64,000 nucleotides of DNA from positions 1 to 64,000 of the forward strand of contig CBDCKN010000013.1 in NCBI GenBank assembly GCA_965218295.1. Reading direction: 5' to 3'. This document shows, one piece after another, positions 57,965 through 64,000 of this stretch. This stretch comes from Longimicrobiales bacterium. Lineage in GTDB: Bacteria; Gemmatimonadota; Gemmatimonadetes; Longimicrobiales; Gaopeijiaceae. Under the pieces are notes generated by a model. The model did not search any database and was not told the origin of the DNA. It worked only from the letters and a program-made list of their open reading frames with translations. Every line of letters begins with the position of its first letter. Position 1 is the first letter of the stretch. The position numbers were made by a program, and so were the translations under genes.

Positions 57965-58342
57965 ATGAGCGACGACAAGTCACCTCGAGACGGCGATCCG
58001 GCGCCCCACGCCGAGCTGGACGTGCTTCGGGACCGCATCATGGAGCTGGACGACGAGATCATCCGGCTCATCGGCGAGCGCCGCACGCTCGCCATGGAGA
58101 TCGGTCGCGTGAAGCAGGAGCTCGGCCTACCCGTCCTGGATCCCGCCCGAGAAGCCCGGGTCGTACGCCGCGTCGCGGAAAGGGCTCGGGAGCGGGGCGT
58201 GGATCCGGAACTCGCCCGGGACGTGATCTGGCGGATCATCTCCGCCGCCCGGCAAGCCCAGAGTGGAGAGCCGTCCCGGGGCGCGTCGCCCGGTACCGCG
58301 GACTCGACGGACTCCACGGACTCGACGGACTCGACGGACTAG
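57965..58342 (+). CDS. Chorismate mutase (AroQ type)
   Basis: LDVLRDRI.ELDDEII.LI.ERR..A.EIG.VK…LPV.DPARE. Confidence 0.9.
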   Translation: MSDDKSPRDGDPAPHAELDVLRDRIMELDDEIIRLIGERRTLAMEIGRVKQELGLPVLDPAREARVVRRVAERARERGVDPELARDVIWRIISAARQAQSGEPSRGASPGTADSTDSTDSTDSTD

Positions 58343-58369
58343 CCCACCGGCCTCACTAGCCCACGGGCG

Positions 58370-59368
58370 TCAGTCGTCGGCGCGGCGGACACGGCGATCG
58401 GTCATCCCCAGGGTCGCCACTACCTGATGGACGGCGCCGACGGGGACCCGGAGGGGATAAGCCGCGCCCGGAGGCGTCACGCCCCGGATGAGCTGAGGGT
58501 TCAGCTCGTACATGCGCTCCGTCGACACACTCACAGACTCCGCGACATCCCGGAGTCCCGTTCCCCCCGGCGTCCAGACGATATCGTAGACATACGGCTC
58601 CGCGCGGGTGACCTCGAAGCCGTACTTCGAGGCGTAGCGCGCCAGATAGGTGGCCGCCAGGAGCTTCGGCACGTATTGGGCCGTCTCGGGCGGTAGGTGG
58701 TCCACGATCTCCCAGTACAGGCTCTCGTCCCCGACCCGCCCGCCGGCATGCCGGATGAGCGCGCGGGATACACGGGTCGGACCCGCGTTGTATGCCGCAG
58801 CCGCCAGGTACCTGGAGCCGTAGCGCTGGTGCAGCTCGTTCAGGTAGTCCAGCGCCGCGTCGGTAGCCCGCACCGGGTCGCGTCGCTCGTCCACGTACGA
58901 GTCGATCCGGAGCCCGTACGCCCGGGCCGTGGGGCTCATGAACTGCCAGACTCCTAGTGCGGAGACGTAGGATCGAGCGCTCGGAACGAACCCGGACTCG
59001 ATCATGGCCACGTAGATCAGCTCCTCGGGCATTCCTCGTTCGCGGAGCTTAGCCGTGATCATGTCCGAGTAGAGACCCTCCCTCGAGAGAAGCTCCTCGA
59101 AGGCCGACCTCTCCTCGGTGACGAACCGCCGCGTCCAGAACTCGACGCGCTCGTTCACCTGCAACGGCAACTGGGCCGATGCCAGCTCCCGCTCCATGTC
59201 GGCCAGTACGACTGGAATGACGTCGTCGCTCAACCAGCCGGAGTCGGTGGGCGGGTCATCGCCGTCGGTCACTGCCCAGCCGGCCGCTAGGAACGCCAGC
59301 GACAAGGCCGGCGCCACACCACGAACGACTCGCCGCGGCCATCTATAGTATTTCTTCACGGAGTACAT
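58370..59368 (-). CDS. Lytic transglycosylase (MltD-like SLT)
   Basis: MIESGF, G.WQFM..TA..YGL, DERRDP..AT.AA, AAYNAG, ET.QYVPK, ELNP. Confidence 0.92.
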   Translation of the reverse strand: MYSVKKYYRWPRRVVRGVAPALSLAFLAAGWAVTDGDDPPTDSGWLSDDVIPVVLADMERELASAQLPLQVNERVEFWTRRFVTEERSAFEELLSREGLYSDMITAKLRERGMPEELIYVAMIESGFVPSARSYVSALGVWQFMSPTARAYGLRIDSYVDERRDPVRATDAALDYLNELHQRYGSRYLAAAAYNAGPTRVSRALIRHAGGRVGDESLYWEIVDHLPPETAQYVPKLLAATYLARYASKYGFEVTRAEPYVYDIVWTPGGTGLRDVAESVSVSTERMYELNPQLIRGVTPPGAAYPLRVPVGAVHQVVATLGMTDRRVRRADD

Positions 59369-59498
59369 GTACCCTCCCTATTTCTTCCCTCGCACCCCTT
59401 ACGGAGCGATGCCCAAGAAAGATCCACTCCCGCCCATCCGAACCGGGTAATCGTCAGAAAAGATCTGAATTCTTTGTCTTTCGATCCGGTGTCGGGCA

Positions 59499-59540
59499 TA
59501 AAGAAAGTCCGCTCCACAGGCAGCCCCTGCGGAGCGGACT
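59499..59540 (-). terminator. Intrinsic terminator after rpmA
   Basis: AGTCCGCTCC…GGAGCGGACT stem with a T-rich tail on the minus strand. Confidence 0.75.
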
Positions 59541-59560
59541 CGATAATTTTCTGCTCGGGA

Positions 59561-59815
59561 CTACTCGCCGGGGTAGACCGAAACTGCCTTACGCCGACGG
59601 TAAGTCTCGAACGTCACCACACCATCAGCAGTGGCGAACAACGTGTCGTCCCTTCCGCGAGAAACGTTACGGCCCGGGTGGAAATGCGTCCCACGCTGGC
59701 GAACGATGATGCTGCCAGCGCTGACCCATTGCCCGCCGAATCGCTTTACGCCGAGCCGCTTCGAATTGCTGTCGCGGCCGTTCCGGCTCGAGCCTACGCC
59801 CTTCTTATGCGCCAT
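59561..59815 (-). CDS. rpmA: 50S ribosomal protein L27
   Basis: [24 protein letters not shown]. Confidence 0.99.
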   Translation of the reverse strand: MAHKKGVGSSRNGRDSNSKRLGVKRFGGQWVSAGSIIVRQRGTHFHPGRNVSRGRDDTLFATADGVVTFETYRRRKAVSVYPGE

Positions 59816-59853
59816 GAGATGTCCCTCGGAGAATCGCCCCGGGTGTCGGTTCG

Positions 59854-60165
59854 CTAAAGCTTGATGTCGGCGATCCGAATCTCGGTGAACTTCTGCCGAT
59901 GTCCCTGCTTCCTGCGGTAGCCTTTCCTGCGCTTCCGCTTGAACACGATGATCTTCTTGTCCCTGCCGTGACGGAGCACCTCGGCGGTCACCTTGGCGCC
60001 ACTTACGGTGGGCTGACCAACGGATACCGCATCGCCGTCCGAGGCGAGCAGAACCTCGTCGAAGGAGATGGTGCTTCCCTCCTCCGCCTCCAGGGAAGGA
60101 ATCCGGAGCTTTACGCCCGGTTCCGCCCGGAACTGCTTACCACCCGTCTGGAAAACCGCGTACAT
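59854..60165 (-). CDS. rplU: 50S ribosomal protein L21
   Basis: [12 protein letters not shown]…[22 protein letters not shown]. Confidence 0.99.
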   Translation of the reverse strand: MYAVFQTGGKQFRAEPGVKLRIPSLEAEEGSTISFDEVLLASDGDAVSVGQPTVSGAKVTAEVLRHGRDKKIIVFKRKRRKGYRRKQGHRQKFTEIRIADIKL

Positions 60166-60251
60166 GCTGTACCTCGATGGCCGTGCGAACTCGTCCAATA
60201 GAGCCTAAAAGTTTCATGGAAGTCCGGAGTCGGGTCAAGACGTGGCGACGC

Positions 60252-61775
60252 TCATGCGGCGGCGTATCGGGCCGTGACGTCCGTCTCCGCGGCGCCCGAG
60301 AGGATCCGGAACTCATCCTCTCTGAGCAGCGGATCGTCCGTCATGTCCAGCGACAGCTTGGTATGTCGTCCCAGTCTCCGTAGGAAGTCCGGCTCGTCCT
60401 CGAGAATTCGCAGGGTCACTTCGGGATGCATCCGGATCAGGATCTCCCGCTCCTTGCCCTTGGCGGAAACTCTCCTGAGACTCCTCTCGATCTGGCGGAC
60501 CACGGTTGCCGGAGTGTAGACGCGGCCCCCGCCGTCGCAGTGATCACAGGTCTTGGTGAGGGAGTTGAAGAGAGACGGACGGACCCGCTGCCGTGTCATC
60601 TCCACCAATCCCAATCCCGAGACCTCGAAGGCCTTGGTGCGGGCACGATCGCGCCCCAGGTGAGTCCTCAGCTCCTGAAGGACACGATCGCGATTCTGCT
60701 GTGACTCCATGTCGATGAAGTCGCACACGATGATGCCCCCTATGTCCCGCAGCCGGAGCTGACGGGCGATCTCTTTCGCGGCGTCCAGGTTGGTCGTGAG
60801 GATGGTGCGCTCGGGGTCCTTCTTCCCCTTGTAGCGCCCCGTATTGACGTCGATAGACACGAGCGCCTCGGTGGGCTCGATGATGATGTAGCCGCCGGAG
60901 GGCATGATCACCTTCTTCTCGAACGCCACCTGGATCTCTTCTTCGATCCCGTGCTTGTCGAAGAGCGAGACCGGGTCCGAATAGAGCCGGACACGGTCCT
61001 TCAGGTCGGGCGCCACGCTCTTCACGTATTGGAGGATCTCGTTGTAGATCGCTTTGTTGTCCACGGTGATCGACTCGAAGCGATTGCTGAAGAGGTCTCG
61101 AATCACCCCGCTGATGAGCTTCGCCTCACGGTGCAGGAGCGCCGGAGCCTTGGCGCCTTCCCTCTTCTTGAGGATCTTCTTCCAGTTCGCGCTGAGGCGC
61201 TTGAACTCCTTCCTGAAGGTGTCCTCGTTGAGCTCCTCGCTCACGGTTCGGACGATGATGCCCCCGCTGTTCTCGGGTAGGATGCCCTTGGCGAGCTTGC
61301 GCAGCCGCGAGCGCTCGTCCCGATCCTCGATCTTCCGGCTGACGCCCACGTGGGACGAGCCGGGCATGTAGACGAGGAATCGACCTGGCAGCGAGATCTC
61401 GGCGGTCACGCGAGGTCCCTTGGTACTGATGGGCTCCTTGTTGACCTGTACGACGATCTGCTGGCCCTTCTTTATGAGGTCCTGAATGGGAGGATACTTC
61501 TTCGGGCGGCGCCGTCTTCCTCCTCCACCGTCTCCCTCGTCGTCGTCACCCGTGTCGAGGTCGGCGACGTGGAGGAATCCCGCCTTGTCCGTTCCGATAT
61601 CGACGAAAGCGGCCTGAATGTCGGGCAGAACCGCCTCGACCTTGCCCAGATAGATGTCTCCGAGCAGACGCCCTTGATCGGGCCGGTCGAACATCAACTC
61701 GACCAACTGCTCGTCTTCCATGAGCGCCACCCACGATTCGTGGGCTGTGGCGCTCACGAGGATTTCTCTCCTCAA
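60252..61775 (-). CDS. Rne/Rng family ribonuclease
   Basis: AAFVDIG, KEPISTKGPR, TEALVSIDVNTG, LRLRDIGGIIV.DFIDM, GLVEMTRQR; TTG start after AAGGAG. Confidence 0.96.
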   Translation of the reverse strand: MRREILVSATAHESWVALMEDEQLVELMFDRPDQGRLLGDIYLGKVEAVLPDIQAAFVDIGTDKAGFLHVADLDTGDDDEGDGGGGRRRRPKKYPPIQDLIKKGQQIVVQVNKEPISTKGPRVTAEISLPGRFLVYMPGSSHVGVSRKIEDRDERSRLRKLAKGILPENSGGIIVRTVSEELNEDTFRKEFKRLSANWKKILKKREGAKAPALLHREAKLISGVIRDLFSNRFESITVDNKAIYNEILQYVKSVAPDLKDRVRLYSDPVSLFDKHGIEEEIQVAFEKKVIMPSGGYIIIEPTEALVSIDVNTGRYKGKKDPERTILTTNLDAAKEIARQLRLRDIGGIIVCDFIDMESQQNRDRVLQELRTHLGRDRARTKAFEVSGLGLVEMTRQRVRPSLFNSLTKTCDHCDGGGRVYTPATVVRQIERSLRRVSAKGKEREILIRMHPEVTLRILEDEPDFLRRLGRHTKLSLDMTDDPLLREDEFRILSGAAETDVTARYAAA

Positions 61776-61926
61776 TGTATTTCTCCTTGGTCGGCTACTC
61801 GTGGCCGATCCCGCCGGTGCGCCCAGGCTACCCCGGCCTCGTCCCCTCCCTCGTTGCGGGGAGGAGCGAAGCCGGCCGCAGCTTGGGCCCGCGTTGGCGA
61901 GCCAGCGGCTCGAGTGAGCTTCCCTG

Positions 61927-63145
61927 TTATGCCAGCGCCGATCCGCCGAACGTCTCCTTGACGAGCTCTCGACCGATCACCAAACGCTGGATCTCGTTGG
62001 TTCCCTCACCGATCTCGCAAACCTTGGCGTCGCGCATCATGCGCTCCACCGGGTAGTCGGCGGTGTATCCCGCCCCACCCATGATCTGGACCGCCTTGTG
62101 CGTGGCTCGCATGCCAAGCTCGGAACAGAAGAGCTTGGCCATGGAGGCCTCCTTCGTGAATGGCTGGTCGTGATCCTTGAGCCAGGCTGCGTGGTACGTG
62201 AGGTGCTTCCCTGCTTGAATGTCCGTGGCGATATCCGCCAACTCAAACTGAATGTTCTGGAAATCCCAGATCTTTTTTCCAAACTGTTCGCGCTCGTTCG
62301 CATACCGGAGCGCCGTTTCGAACGCCCCTTCGGCCAATCCCAGAGAGAGGGCCGCGAGGCCGATCCGGCCGGCGTCGAGGGTCTTCATGAAGTTGATGAA
62401 GCCCTCTCCCTCCTCACCGAGACGATCCTCTTCAGGGACGAGCGCATCTTCTATGAGCAGCTCCCGCGTGTCGGAAGCTCTCTACCCCATCTTGTCTTCT
62501 TTCTTGCCCGCCCGCACCCCCTCGAGGAACGGAAGGTCGTCGTCGTGCCCGAAGCCGAGGGACCGGGCCCACTCCAGATCCACCGTCGGCTTGCACACGA
62601 TGAAGCTCGAGATTCCGTCAGATCCCTGATCGGGTTGGGTCACCGCCGTGACCGTGAAAATCTCACCCACTCCGGCGTGGGTGATGAAGATCTTCGATCC
62701 GTTTACGCGGTACCCGCCGTTCTCCCGGACGGCCCTCGCGGTGGTTCCCCCTGCATCGGATCCCGCTCCCGGCTCCGTGAGGCCGAAGCCCCCGAGGACC
62801 TTACCGCTCGCCAGAGGCGGAACATACCGCTCCCGCTGCGCATCCGTTCCGAAAGCCAGTATCGGAGACATGCCCAACGTGGTGTGCGCGGAAACGGTGA
62901 TGGCGTGGCTCGCGTCGACCTTGGCGAGCTCCTCGACCACGAGAATGTAACTCAAGTAGTCGCGTCCCATACCCCCGAGCTCCCGGGGGACGGGTACTCC
63001 CAGGAGCCCCATCTCCCCCATCGTCTTGACGGTCTCCCAGGGGAACTCCTTCGACTCGTCGGCATCCCTCGCGATGGGTGCGATGGCCTCGCGGGCGAAC
63101 GCCCGTACCTCTTGCACGAGGCAGTCGTTCTCTTCCGACAGATAT

Positions 63146-63153
<8 letters not shown>
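61927..63153 (-). pseudogene. Acyl-CoA dehydrogenase with one in-frame TAG
   Basis: FGLTEPGAGSDA, NGSKIFIT, KMG*RASDT (TAG 62482-62484 where Trp is likely), REQFG, ERMMRDAKVCEIGEGTNEIQR, all in one frame. Confidence 0.92.

Positions 63154-64000
<847 letters not shown>

Noticed and set aside
13602..62484. TAG recoding or pyrrolysine suggested by three in-frame TAGs
   Set aside because: TAG ends many intact genes here (e.g. acnA, floA, rpmA, rplU, the symporter), the implied residues differ (Trp vs probably Gln), and similar lesions include TGA, ATA and frameshifts.

Overview
GC-rich bacterial chromosomal segment. Gene content and style suggest a Gemmatimonadota-like MAG (inference, not tested). 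Left arm: a split DNA-damage cassette (DUF6504-like gene plus truncated recX at ~0.95-1.5 kb; degraded dnaE2 at 13.4-16.8 kb) whose two promoters share the same multi-part operator-like motif. Also a 1258-aa segmented coiled-coil protein with 279-bp repeats, a MaoC/LolA-like/ABC/outer-membrane operon, a cyclase, an M1 peptidase, an MBL hydrolase and gltA. Centre (~21.5-36.4 kb): a fragment-rich island ending at the 3' end of tRNA-Leu(CAA). It carries four secreted tannase/feruloyl-esterase (MHETase-family) paralogs as two tandem pairs inside a ~3.7-kb direct repeat, with mosaic sequence, variable loops and, in one copy, loss of both catalytic-disulfide cysteines. Next to the tRNA is a candidate sigma54-type, GGA-rich small RNA with a strong terminator. 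Right arm: galactose/GalNAc genes interrupted by a DUF222-HNH gene, acnA, nfeD-floA, a TetR-led beta-oxidation-like operon, chorismate mutase, a lytic transglycosylase, rpmA-rplU-rne/rng, an acyl-CoA dehydrogenase and the end of recQ. Several genes carry single lesions consistent with C>T/G>A transitions. All family assignments come from motif recognition only; no searches were run.
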